A DNA stretch of 64,000 nt from Nibricoccus sp. (GTDB lineage: Bacteria > Verrucomicrobiota > Verrucomicrobiia > Opitutales > Opitutaceae): positions 2,176,001 through 2,240,000 of the forward strand of contig JASGHG010000001.1 in the NCBI GenBank assembly GCA_047602425.1. Direction: 5' to 3'. Shown in pieces: positions 1 through 11,067 of this stretch (its first letter is position 1; the number at the start of each line of letters is the position of its first letter). Position numbers and translations under genes: made by a program. The notes under the pieces were generated by a model. That model made no database searches. It worked only from the letters and a program-made list of their open reading frames with translations, and was not told where the DNA came from.

Positions 1-458
1 CCTTTGCGGCCGCCAATTCCGGCCATCCGCTCGCCGGCCTCGCCAAGCTTCGTATCGCCGACGACTCGTATACAGCCGGCAACTACACGCAAGCCGCAGC
101 CGATTACCAAGCCGCAGCCGACGCCTTGAAGGACAGCCCTTTCGGCAGCCGCGCGCGCCTCGGCATCGCCACTGCGAAACTCCAGGCCGGCCAGAATGCC
201 GAGGCCGAAAACCTCTTCAATCTCATCGCCAAAGATTCCAACCTCCTCAAACCGGCCCGCGCCGAAGCCGCTTACCAGCTCGCCTCCATCGCCGCCGCCG
301 CCGGTCGCAATGACGAAGCCCTGAAGCAGCTCGACTTGCTCAACACCATCGAACCGGATGGCGCCTGGGCACGCCGCGCGCTTATGTTGCGCATGTCGCT
401 TCCCGCTCCCGTCGCCACGCCAAATACGCCAGCGATCAATCTTCCGGCCAAACCCTAA
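1..458 (+). CDS. TPR-repeat protein (YfgM-like), 5' truncated by window edge
   Basis: Frame of ORF 126..458 is open back to base 3 (FAAANSGHPLAGLAKLRIADDSY...); Ala/Leu-rich helical TPR-like pattern (ARLGIATAKLQAG, AAYQLASIA). Confidence 0.6.
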   Translation, partial: FAAANSGHPLAGLAKLRIADDSYTAGNYTQAAADYQAAADALKDSPFGSRARLGIATAKLQAGQNAEAENLFNLIAKDSNLLKPARAEAAYQLASIAAAAGRNDEALKQLDLLNTIEPDGAWARRALMLRMSLPAPVATPNTPAINLPAKP

Positions 459-482
459 CTCCTCGCCATCGGCTAATTGAAA

Positions 483-559
<77 letters not shown>

Positions 560-705
560 AAACAGAACGCGAAAACGATTAGGCTTTCCTCCTCCTGTCA
601 ACGTAATCCCACAACTTGTAAGATTCCTGTTAACAAATTCGCGTAATCTCTTCTTGCAGAGACGCTCATTTCTCCCTAACCGTCAGCTTCTAATCTACTC
701 AATTC

Positions 706-1227
706 ATGGATACTATTTCTCGCGAAAACACCAGCTACCTGCCGATTGCAGGCGTCGCCATCGGCGTGCTAGCTTGCGCCCTTTCCATCGGCGCACTCGT
801 TTCCAACAACAAGCTCAGCAAAAAAGTGCCTGAGGGCTTGGTCGACACCGTCGCGAAGATCGATGTGATGGAAAGCGAGATCCGCAGCGCCAGCAGCACC
901 GCTGACACCGCGAAGAGCCACGTTGCCAATCTCGCCAGCCAAACCAACACCGCTTTCCAAACCGCCGCCGCTCAAATTCAGGAACTGCGCGGCGAAGTCG
1001 ACAAGCTCAAGGAAGCCGCCAAACCCAAAGCCCCGGCTGCCGGTGCCAAGGGCGCCAAAGCTCCGGTTGTTGCCGGCGAAGGCGAATACGTCGTCAAGCC
1101 TGGCGATCTGCCTTCGAAAATCGCCAAGGCCAACGGTTGCACCGTCGCGGAACTTCAAGCCGTCAACCCCAGCGTAAACTGGAGCAAGCTCCACGCCGGC
1201 CAGAAGATCAAGCTGCCCAAGAAATAA
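706..1227 (+). CDS. Membrane-anchored LysM peptidoglycan-binding protein
   Basis: N-terminal TM helix, coiled coil, C-terminal LysM (YVVKPGDLPSKIAKANGCTVAELQAVNP...LHAGQKIKLP). Confidence 0.9.
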   Translation: MDTISRENTSYLPIAGVAIGVLACALSIGALVSNNKLSKKVPEGLVDTVAKIDVMESEIRSASSTADTAKSHVANLASQTNTAFQTAAAQIQELRGEVDKLKEAAKPKAPAAGAKGAKAPVVAGEGEYVVKPGDLPSKIAKANGCTVAELQAVNPSVNWSKLHAGQKIKLPKK

Positions 1228-1250
1228 TTTAGAATAGTATCCATTTTTTG

Positions 1251-1286
1251 AATGCCTCCCGGGCTCTCGAGTCGGGAGGCATTTTT
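1251..1286 (+). terminator. Rho-independent terminator after LysM gene
   Basis: AATGCCTCCCG...CGGGAGGCATT stem followed by a T tract. Confidence 0.7.
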
Positions 1287-1293
1287 CTGCCCG

Positions 1294-1870
1294 ATGAGCC
1301 ACCCTTCAGGAAATCCTCCCGCCCGCTGGGAAAAACAAGGCGAGACGATCCTCACCCACACGCGGATTTTCGATCTCCGAACCGCCCGCTATCTCCATCC
1401 CGTCCGCAAAACCGAACGCGACTTCTACGTCGTGCACTCGACTGACTGGGTTAACGTCATCGCGGTCACTCCCGACCACCATCTGGTTTTAGTGCGTCAG
1501 TTCCGGTTCGGCGTAAACGATTTTTCGATCGAGATCCCTGGCGGCGTCATGGACCCGGGCGAAGACCCCATTACCGCCGGACCTTCGTGAGTTGCGCGAG
1601 GAAACCGGCTATGTTGGCAAAAATGAGCGCATCATCGGTCGCGTGCATTCGAATCCCGCCATTCTCAGCAACGCGTGCCATTTCGTTTTCGTCGAACAAT
1701 GCGTTCACACCGCCGAGTTGGAATGGGACGCCGACGAAGAGATTGAAGTCATGACCGTACCCATCGACGAGGTCTACGCCATGGCTTATAGCGGGAAAAT
1801 CACCCACAGTCTTGTACTCGACGCCTTGCTTTGCTTCTCACCGATCTGGGCGGAGTTAAAGCGCCGCTAA
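1294..1870 (+). pseudogene. NUDIX hydrolase (ADP-ribose pyrophosphatase-like) split by a +1 frameshift at about 1582
   Basis: ORFs 1252..1590 and 1592..1870 join into an intact Nudix box [23 protein letters not shown] if one base is removed from GGACCTTCGT; may be a sequencing error. Confidence 0.8.
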
Positions 1871-1942
1871 ACCGCGTTATTTGACTTCGGGCGATCCTGC
1901 GATTAGGTGCCTAACTACTTTTTCGCGCACGCACCAAGCACC

Positions 1943-3196
1943 ATGTCCGTACCTGCCTTCGCCAACGATCCCGCTGTTCTCGATCATCCTGCGTCCGACC
2001 GGCTGCCCGGTCTGCTCGAACAGGAAATCCGTCGCATCTACGACCGCAGCCCGCTTTATGGCCAACGCTTCCCATTGCACGATGGACCGCTTCATTGGAC
2101 GTGCTACCGCGAGATTCCCGCACTCTCGAAAAAGGAAATCGTCGAACGAGGTCACACCTCGTTTTTCTCCGATTATCGCGAAATCGAACGCGGCTTGCAG
2201 GAGAAACGCTACGAATACGAGTCGACCTCCGGCACCACGCAGGGCCCGATGACCGTCATCATGGAAGATGGCTGGTGGAATGCCCAGACCGCCCGCGCCT
2301 ACCGCGCCCATCCGCTTCTCGCGCCGTACGCCGACCGGCCCTATCGCAAATGTATTTTGGCTCCCGTAGGTTGTTCGTCAAATCTCTGCCCGTATGAGGA
2401 TCACCCTTTCCCTCACCGGTATATCGACGGCACGGTTTACTTGAATCTTAGCAGCGATCCGTTTGCGTTTTCCGACGCTGAATGGGATCGCATCGTCATC
2501 GAGCTCCAAGCTACGCAGCCAGAAGTCATCGAAGGCGAACCCATTTATCTTTCGTTGCTTGCCCGTGCCGTCCTCCGCCGAAAAGTCACCGTGCCAAGCG
2601 TGAAGGTCGTCATTCTCACCTACGGCAAGGCAAGTCTCCAGCATAGCCGCCGCATTGCCGAGGCGTTCGCCGCCAAACAAGTCGATCTCTACGGCTCAAC
2701 CGAAGCGGGCTACATTTTTGTAGGTGAAGCGTTCAAGGACGATTCCCGCGTCATCGACGGCAATGCCTTCGTGGAACTGGAGCCGTATCGAAAACTTGGA
2801 GACATCTACCAAATTTACGTGACGACGCGCGATCGCGAAGCCATGCCGCTCCTGCGCTATCATACCGGCGATATCGTGAAAAAACTTCCGACCGGCTATC
2901 GCCTGCTCGGTCGCGAACGCGATCTTTATTTCAGACCGGATGGTTCGTTGGTCTCTCCTTCGGAAGTCGACGACGCCTTGCCGGCGGAGTTCTCCTGCTG
3001 GCACTACAGCCTCGTGCAGACCGGGGAAAACCGCTGGGACTTCCATTACGTTTCCGAACACACCGCGCCAAAAACCGTCGAGCCCGCCCTCGCACAAATG
3101 CTGGGGCCCGGCGTGCGCGTGAATGCCTTCCGCCGCCGCGTGATCGCGCCCGCTGCCAGCGGAAAGTTCTCGTTGTTGAAACCGCTCGCGTCCTGA
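1943..3196 (+). CDS. Adenylate-forming enzyme, phenylacetate-CoA ligase (PaaK)-like family
   Basis: STSGTT P-loop, YGSTEAG, PLLRYHTGD, GR and C-terminal SGKF motifs; ATG 1943 preferred over GTG 1907. Confidence 0.75.
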   Translation: MSVPAFANDPAVLDHPASDRLPGLLEQEIRRIYDRSPLYGQRFPLHDGPLHWTCYREIPALSKKEIVERGHTSFFSDYREIERGLQEKRYEYESTSGTTQGPMTVIMEDGWWNAQTARAYRAHPLLAPYADRPYRKCILAPVGCSSNLCPYEDHPFPHRYIDGTVYLNLSSDPFAFSDAEWDRIVIELQATQPEVIEGEPIYLSLLARAVLRRKVTVPSVKVVILTYGKASLQHSRRIAEAFAAKQVDLYGSTEAGYIFVGEAFKDDSRVIDGNAFVELEPYRKLGDIYQIYVTTRDREAMPLLRYHTGDIVKKLPTGYRLLGRERDLYFRPDGSLVSPSEVDDALPAEFSCWHYSLVQTGENRWDFHYVSEHTAPKTVEPALAQMLGPGVRVNAFRRRVIAPAASGKFSLLKPLAS

Positions 3197-3244
3197 ACCC
3201 GAGGATTGCCAGCCTGGCCGCAGATTGTTGATCCTACCACCATC

Positions 3245-3850
3245 ATGGCCTGGCGCATCGATGAATATGTGGTCAGAGGCGAAATCGACAACCGCAGGCG
3301 TGGAAGCATCACCGGCCGGATCTGGTTTGCCGACCTCGCCGAACCAATTACCATCGATTTAAAGGGAAATGCCTGGCATGACGTCGCCGGTCGCCGTCTC
3401 GAATTCGTCAACCCCGAACCCAAATCCGGCCTTCCAGCCGGCTTCGCATCCGTGCAACAGGGCTCGACCGGAGATATCACCGCTTCGCGCAAAGTCCGCG
3501 TTCCCGAAATTCCCCTCGATCAAATCGGCGACTATTACGCAGCCAAAAAGCCGTTTCCCTGGCACTGGGGCAATTCGCTTTATTTCGAATGGTTCAGCGA
3601 AAGAAATGGACGCGTCGTCATCGAGTCCGCGTCGTATCAATTGACCATTTCTTCCGAACCGACCTGGCAGATGTCAGCGGACGAGGAACGCGAACAACGC
3701 ATCGCCAACAACTACGCGCTCGAAAATTTCATGGGCCGCGCCAGCGAAGCACTGGAAGCGTCACGCGCGCAGGATAGCAACGGAGATCAACCTAAACCTG
3801 AAGACATCGACAACGAGTTCCGCCCCAAAACTGAGGACGAAATGGAGTAA
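3245..3850 (+). CDS. Hypothetical protein (MAWRIDEYVVRGEIDN...), possibly prematurely stopped
   Basis: Globular-looking ORF with host codon usage; frame stays open 45 more codons after the TAA (to TGA 3988). Confidence 0.6.
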   Translation: MAWRIDEYVVRGEIDNRRRGSITGRIWFADLAEPITIDLKGNAWHDVAGRRLEFVNPEPKSGLPAGFASVQQGSTGDITASRKVRVPEIPLDQIGDYYAAKKPFPWHWGNSLYFEWFSERNGRVVIESASYQLTISSEPTWQMSADEEREQRIANNYALENFMGRASEALEASRAQDSNGDQPKPEDIDNEFRPKTEDEME

Positions 3851-4024
3851 GCGGCAGTTGCTGCGGCTGAACGCTTGAGCCCCGATGGCGACTGGTTGCG
3901 TGAAGTTGAAATAGAAACCGCTATGATCGCCGATCAAACCGATTCGTTCATCGTCCAATTGCGCGGCCGTCTGGAAAACCGGTCTTGAGCCGGATCCCCA
4001 GTTTGGGCTAGATCCGTCCGACGC

Positions 4025-5830
4025 ATGAGCGATCGGAAATCCAACAGCAACGCCCCGTTCAATCAACCTGGCGCACATCGCCGGGCCTTGCTCACGGCGC
4101 TGCGTCGGCGGGACCTCCGAGAGGCGTGGTGGACCGTTCTCGACGCTTGGGAAATGCGCCGGCCTTTGCGATACGCGGTTTATCTTTCCGTGGCTGCACT
4201 CGCAATTGGCGCTATTCTTTGGTTTGCCGCTTATCCCCGGTGGGCCCAACGCAACGCCATCCGCATGGCGCGCCAGTGGATCGAGGCCGGAAAGCCGGAG
4301 TACGCCGCCGAGACCGTGTTGAAGGCGCTTGTCCGGAATTCTAAACAACCTGAACTCTGGAGCCTCGCTGCCGAACTCGCCCGCCTCAATCGCCAGAAGG
4401 ATCTTGAGGTCGAATACGCACATCGCGCCGCACAGGCCGCGCCAGGAAATTCCCAATACATTCTTGAGTGGGCTTCCGCGGCCCTCCGCGCGGAAATGCA
4501 AGACGTCGCAGAGCAGGCTCTGTCTGAATTGTCTCCCGACGCGTTGGCGCGTTCCCCACTCGCACACCGCATGCTCGGCGAAATGCGCCGGCGCGAATCC
4601 GATTTTGCGGCTGCCCGCGAACATTTCGAACTCGCCCTCAAAATCGATGGGCCCGGTCCGGTAAATGAAATCCCGCTTGGACTATGCTTATTGGCCGATC
4701 GCGATCCTGCTGGCCATGCACGAGGCAGCGATCTGCTCAACCATTGGACTGCTGATCCGCAATGGGGCGCGACCGCCCTTCGTATTCTACTCGACGATGC
4801 GCTCCGCCGCGGTGACCGCGAAGCGATGTTGAGGCACGCTCTCGCGCTCAAAGATCATCCCCAGTGCACATTCGGCGACATGCCGGTCTGCCTGCGAGCG
4901 CTCGCCTTTGCCGATGGCAAAAAGTTCGACGAAACTCTCGTCCAATTACAAACGAAGCATCGCGCGAGTTCCGAAGCGGCGGCGCAATTGATCGGCTGGC
5001 TCAATCAAATTGGCAAAAGCGCGGAAGCTCTCGCGTGGCTGTCATCGCTGCCGGAAAAAGATCTGGCGCGTCCTCCGCTCGCACAGGCCAAAGCCGAGTC
5101 GCTGCGCGCGCACGGCGATTGGACGGAGTTGCAGTCTTGGGTCGCCCTCGGCGCTTGGGGACCGGAGTTGGACTTTATCCGCTGGGCCTATGGGCTGCTC
5201 GCGGCGCGCAAGCTCGGAGATGGAAAACGCGCGGAAGAACTTTGGAACACCCTTTATGGCCACGCTCTTTCCAACAGTGTGCATGCGCACTTCGCCGGCT
5301 CGCTGGTTTATTCCTGGGGATTCGTTAAAGAATCTGAAGCCCTCTGGTGGCGCGCCGCCGGACAGAGTGGCGGCGTGGCCTACGAATCTTTGGGTTCATT
5401 GGCTCGCCATTATCAGGTTCAACGCGACGCCGAGGGCCAATACCGGGTGTTCAACCAGCTGCATTCGCTGCGGCCGCAGGACGACGATGTGACCAACAAC
5501 TTCATCTTTTTCGCCACTCTCACCGGCAAGCGCGAACAACAAGCCGAGCGTCTCGCGCGCGACCTTATGCAACGCCACCCGAACCAACCGACCTACACCG
5601 CGACCTATGCTTACGTTCTCGTGGCTAATGGCCGTGCGGCGGAGGCTTTGCGGCTGGTCGAACCGCTCGCCGCAAAACTTCCCCGTTCGTCCGCGATTCA
5701 GTTTGCCCGCGGTCTGGCTCTGGCCGGCGTCGGGGAGAAGGACAAGGCTCGTCCGATCCTGCGAGGCCTGCCACCGGAATCTTTGACCACGCGTGAAGTC
5801 GAACTGATCGAGTCGACGTTAAGCCGCTAG
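4025..5830 (+). CDS. Membrane-anchored TPR-repeat protein
   Basis: One N-terminal TM helix followed by repeated TPR-like helices (AHRMLGE...AAREHFELAL, TYAYVLVANGRAAEALRL). Confidence 0.75.
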   Translation: MSDRKSNSNAPFNQPGAHRRALLTALRRRDLREAWWTVLDAWEMRRPLRYAVYLSVAALAIGAILWFAAYPRWAQRNAIRMARQWIEAGKPEYAAETVLKALVRNSKQPELWSLAAELARLNRQKDLEVEYAHRAAQAAPGNSQYILEWASAALRAEMQDVAEQALSELSPDALARSPLAHRMLGEMRRRESDFAAAREHFELALKIDGPGPVNEIPLGLCLLADRDPAGHARGSDLLNHWTADPQWGATALRILLDDALRRGDREAMLRHALALKDHPQCTFGDMPVCLRALAFADGKKFDETLVQLQTKHRASSEAAAQLIGWLNQIGKSAEALAWLSSLPEKDLARPPLAQAKAESLRAHGDWTELQSWVALGAWGPELDFIRWAYGLLAARKLGDGKRAEELWNTLYGHALSNSVHAHFAGSLVYSWGFVKESEALWWRAAGQSGGVAYESLGSLARHYQVQRDAEGQYRVFNQLHSLRPQDDDVTNNFIFFATLTGKREQQAERLARDLMQRHPNQPTYTATYAYVLVANGRAAEALRLVEPLAAKLPRSSAIQFARGLALAGVGEKDKARPILRGLPPESLTTREVELIESTLSR

Positions 5831-6481
5831 CGGAAATTTTTTCTTCCGCCTCAACCGCAACCAGCCGTAAAGCAACAAAGTTCCAGCCAGCGGCACCCAT
5901 GCTCCCACCTCGGGCACTACGCCGCTGATCGACGAAACCATCAGACCGCTCGAGCCGGCCACGTTGTGAACCGCAATGCTGATCGTGTTGCTGCCGATGA
6001 CAAAATTTGAGTTCAAAGTCAGCGTGGTCGGCGTCGAATTCAAATTGCTGCCATTCACCACGGCGGTTTGTACGCCGTTCACGTAAATTATCGCGGTGTC
6101 GTCGACGTAGAGCGTCAGCGTGATGGACGCGTTGCTGGTCGCACCCGTTCCCGTGCCGGCGATATCGAAGGTGAGAGCGTAACTGTAGTCGACGCTGGTC
6201 CCGGGAGACCCAAATACATTTGCGCTGATCCATTTCGCCGACGAGGAGGTCGCCCAACTGCCGGGGAGAAAAAGTCCCACAACGTAGGCTTCGCCCGAGG
6301 CGTTTGACGATGTCCAATGGTTGTCGACGCCCCAAAACCATTCCGGCGTGCTTTCCTGTCCCGTGCGGTAGAGTCCCGTGATGCTTGTGGCCGTGCCGGC
6401 GCTTGCCTGCGCGGCCAGCCAAAACGGCGTAAGCGCCGCGAAAAGGAACGCGGCGCAACAGCGAGCTCTCATGGGTTGCAT
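5819..6481 (-). CDS. PEP-CTERM-type surface protein (copy 2)
   Basis: Signal peptide, Ser/Thr/Gly/Asn-rich beta domain, C-terminal VPEVGAW + TM helix + RLRRKKK; ATG 6481 (or 6472) chosen as start. Confidence 0.8.
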   Translation of the reverse strand: MQPMRARCCAAFLFAALTPFWLAAQASAGTATSITGLYRTGQESTPEWFWGVDNHWTSSNASGEAYVVGLFLPGSWATSSSAKWISANVFGSPGTSVDYSYALTFDIAGTGTGATSNASITLTLYVDDTAIIYVNGVQTAVVNGSNLNSTPTTLTLNSNFVIGSNTISIAVHNVAGSSGLMVSSISGVVPEVGAWVPLAGTLLLYGWLRLRRKKKFPLAA

Positions 6482-6494
6482 GTTATTCCAGCCG

Positions 6495-7169
6495 CTAAAC
6501 CGCGGCCGGCAGGTTGTTTTTCCTCGGACGAAAGCGTGCCCAAGCCAGTAAACCAAATGCCATCGCCAACGGAATCCACGCACCGACCTCCGGAACCACG
6601 CCGCTGATCGATGAGACCATGACACCGCTCGGTCCGCTGCCGGAGTTGGAGACGGTAATCGTGATCGTGTTCGTGCCGATGACAAAGCCGTTGCTGAGCG
6701 TGACGTTCTGCGTCCGGGACCATTGGCCAGAGCCAGTCGTGCTCACACCGTTGCCGCCGTTCACGGTGATGATGGCGCTGTCGTCCACCGCGAGCGTCAT
6801 GTAAACATTGACCCCGCTGACCGCGCCCGTGCCGGAACCCGCGATATTAAAAGAGAGCGTATATGTGTAGGTGCCAGAGCCGAGTCCCGAACTCCCGTTG
6901 CTGGCATAGCTGATCCATTTCGCGCTCGTGCCGTTGGCCACCCATCCGTTCGAAGTCACGTTATTGTTCGAAACCACGTAGGCAAAATTCCCATCGCTCA
7001 TCTTCCAATGGTCGTCGCGCGTGCCATTGTCGGCGCCATCAAGACCTGTCGTGTATAATCCCGTGATCGAAGTCGCCGTGCCCGCCTGTGCCTGCAGGGC
7101 CATCGCACAAATAAATATCAAGACGCCGGACATAACGCGTGCGATTTTCGTGAACAGGGCAAATTTCAT
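6495..7169 (-). CDS. PEP-CTERM-type surface protein (copy 1)
   Basis: Signal peptide ending AQA, same domain as copy 2, C-terminal VPEVGAW + TM helix + RFRPRK. Confidence 0.85.
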   Translation of the reverse strand: MKFALFTKIARVMSGVLIFICAMALQAQAGTATSITGLYTTGLDGADNGTRDDHWKMSDGNFAYVVSNNNVTSNGWVANGTSAKWISYASNGSSGLGSGTYTYTLSFNIAGSGTGAVSGVNVYMTLAVDDSAIITVNGGNGVSTTGSGQWSRTQNVTLSNGFVIGTNTITITVSNSGSGPSGVMVSSISGVVPEVGAWIPLAMAFGLLAWARFRPRKNNLPAAV

Positions 7170-7593
7170 GGGAGGAACTGGGGCGGATTGTTGAGAAGCC
7201 GATTAAAGTTAATTGCAGTTATTTTACAATAAGAATACGGCCGATTTTTAAGTCATTGTTATCAATGTAATTAGAATGTGGTAAATCTTCTCATTGACCT
7301 CAAAAATCGGGTGTTTAGCCGGAGTTCGGTTATTTAGGGCGAAGTGCCTATTGTCACGCATGTCTTGCGCGGATCGCAGAAAAAATCTTCGTGCAAAAAA
7401 ATCAGCATGCGCCGTCGTGCCACCCACCGACGCTACTCGGTCAGGTAAGCCTGACTAATAAAAGGCCGTTGCCTATGCGCGGCGAAGTTCGCAATTCTTT
7501 ACTTGCCCGCGTCCAACGTTTACGACCCCGTAGTTATTTCGTCCGTTGTCTTAGCCAAGTTCCAACCTCCAAACACCTGTCATCCGTCTCGCG

Positions 7594-8412
7594 ATGAATT
7601 CCATCGTCAATTTATTCCGCTCCTCCATCGGTCGCAAATTCCTGATGGCGATCACCGGCCTGGTCCTCGTCGGTTTTGCCGCCGGCCATCTGGTGGGTAA
7701 CCTCCAGATCTTCGGCCATCCTGATCACATCAATGGCTACGCTCATTTCCTCCAAGGTCTCGGGCCGGCACTTTGGCTGGTGCGCCTGGTGTTGCTTGCC
7801 TGCACCGTCGTCCACATCTGGGCGGCCGTCACGCTGACAATCGAGAGCCGCCTTGCTCGCGGTCCGGAACAATACGGCGTCAAGAAATGGCTTAGCGCCA
7901 CCGTCGCCTCGCGATACATGCGCATGACCGGCGTCGTGGTCGCGGCTTTCATCGTTTATCACATCGCTCATTTCACGGTCGGCGCCGTGCAAAAAGACAC
8001 TTTTAAAACCCAGCTTCCCGAATGGACGCTGACCGAAAACGTCCGCGAACTCGGCGTTCCGCTGGCCGGAAAAGGTGAAGTCGTTCACGACGTTTACAGC
8101 ATGGTTTTCCTCGGTTTCAGCAACCCCTGGGTGTCGCTCTTCTATATCATCGCCGTCGGCCTGCTCACCGTTCACATCCTGCATGGTGCCGACTCGATGT
8201 TCCAGACGTTCGGGCTGCGCAACCACAAGTGGGGCAATTATCTCCGCAGCGTCGTAATGATCTTCTGCCTCGCCTATTTCCTTGGCAACCTCGCGATTCC
8301 CGGAGCCATTCTCGCCGGTCTGAACAAGCCCGCCGAAGGCACCGCTGCCGCCAAGATCATCGCGAGCGGTTCCTGCGGAACCTGCTGCCCTATCACCACC
8401 GCAACCAAATAA
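7594..8412 (+). CDS. sdhC: Succinate dehydrogenase/fumarate reductase cytochrome b subunit
   Basis: SSIGRKFLMAITG, HLVGNL, heme-ligand His residues in TM helices; first gene of sdh operon. Confidence 0.93.
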   Translation: MNSIVNLFRSSIGRKFLMAITGLVLVGFAAGHLVGNLQIFGHPDHINGYAHFLQGLGPALWLVRLVLLACTVVHIWAAVTLTIESRLARGPEQYGVKKWLSATVASRYMRMTGVVVAAFIVYHIAHFTVGAVQKDTFKTQLPEWTLTENVRELGVPLAGKGEVVHDVYSMVFLGFSNPWVSLFYIIAVGLLTVHILHGADSMFQTFGLRNHKWGNYLRSVVMIFCLAYFLGNLAIPGAILAGLNKPAEGTAAAKIIASGSCGTCCPITTATK

Positions 8413-8424
8413 ATTTTTCCCGCC

Positions 8425-10350
<1,926 letters not shown>

Positions 10351-10367
10351 GCCGAACCAACGTCTAT

Positions 10368-10710
10368 CTTATCACGATCTGTGACAAGTTCCGCCAAAGC
10401 CCCGGCCGCGCTCGCCGCGAAAAACTCCTCCATGATTCCCGTGGAGCAGATCGATTCGCGTATCCTGCTCGTTCGCGGCCAAAAGGTACTTTTGGATCGG
10501 GACTTGGCTTTGCTGTACGGCGTCGAAACAAAAGCCGTCAACCAAGCGGTGAAACGTAATCCAGAACGCTTCCCCACCGATTTCATGTTCCAGCTCACCG
10601 AGGCAGAATATGGAGCGCTTTTGAAGTCACAGTTTGTGACCTCAAAAGGCGAATCGAACACTAAATCGCTCGAAGGCAACAACATCCTGAGGTCACAAAT
10701 TGTGACCTCA
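10368..10710. repeat. Three (G/A)TCAC-N5-GTGAC palindromes at 10368-10388, 10618-10648 and 10688-10710
   Basis: CTTATCACGATCTGTGACAAG; CTTTTGAAGTCACAGTTTGTGACCTCAAAAG; TGAGGTCACAAATTGTGACCTCA read directly from the sequence. Confidence 0.9.
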
Positions 10711-11037
10711 AAAGGAAGTTCCCGTTCTGGAGGCCGTCGCTACTCCCCGTTTGTTTTCACCGAACAAGGCGTCGCGATGCTTTCGGGTCTGCTGAACAGC
10801 CCGCGCGCCGTTCAGGTCAACATCGAGATCATGCGCGCATTCGTTCGGATGCGTCAAATGCTCACCGAGCACGCCGACCTCGGCCGCAAACTTAAAGCGC
10901 TCGAAAAGAAATACGACGCCCAGTTCAAGGTCGTCTTCGAAGCCATCAACGAACTCATGGAACCCGTCGACGAGGAAGACGCGGCCAAAGAGATCGGCTT
11001 CCACACGCTCCTCAAACCCACACCTTCCAAAAAATAA
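10432..11037 (+). CDS. ORF6N-domain DNA-binding protein
   Basis: IRGQKV-type start ([43 protein letters not shown]), [32 protein letters not shown]-terminal IGF; alternative GTG start at 10381. Confidence 0.9.
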   Translation: MIPVEQIDSRILLVRGQKVLLDRDLALLYGVETKAVNQAVKRNPERFPTDFMFQLTEAEYGALLKSQFVTSKGESNTKSLEGNNILRSQIVTSKGSSRSGGRRYSPFVFTEQGVAMLSGLLNSPRAVQVNIEIMRAFVRMRQMLTEHADLGRKLKALEKKYDAQFKVVFEAINELMEPVDEEDAAKEIGFHTLLKPTPSKK

Positions 11038-11067
11038 CCACGTCCCATCACTCATTCGATTTTCACC

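Noticed and set aside
7405..7422. Sigma54 promoter for PEP-CTERM genes (minus strand TGGCACGACGGCGCA)
   Set aside because: Spacing off by one and no TTGC.
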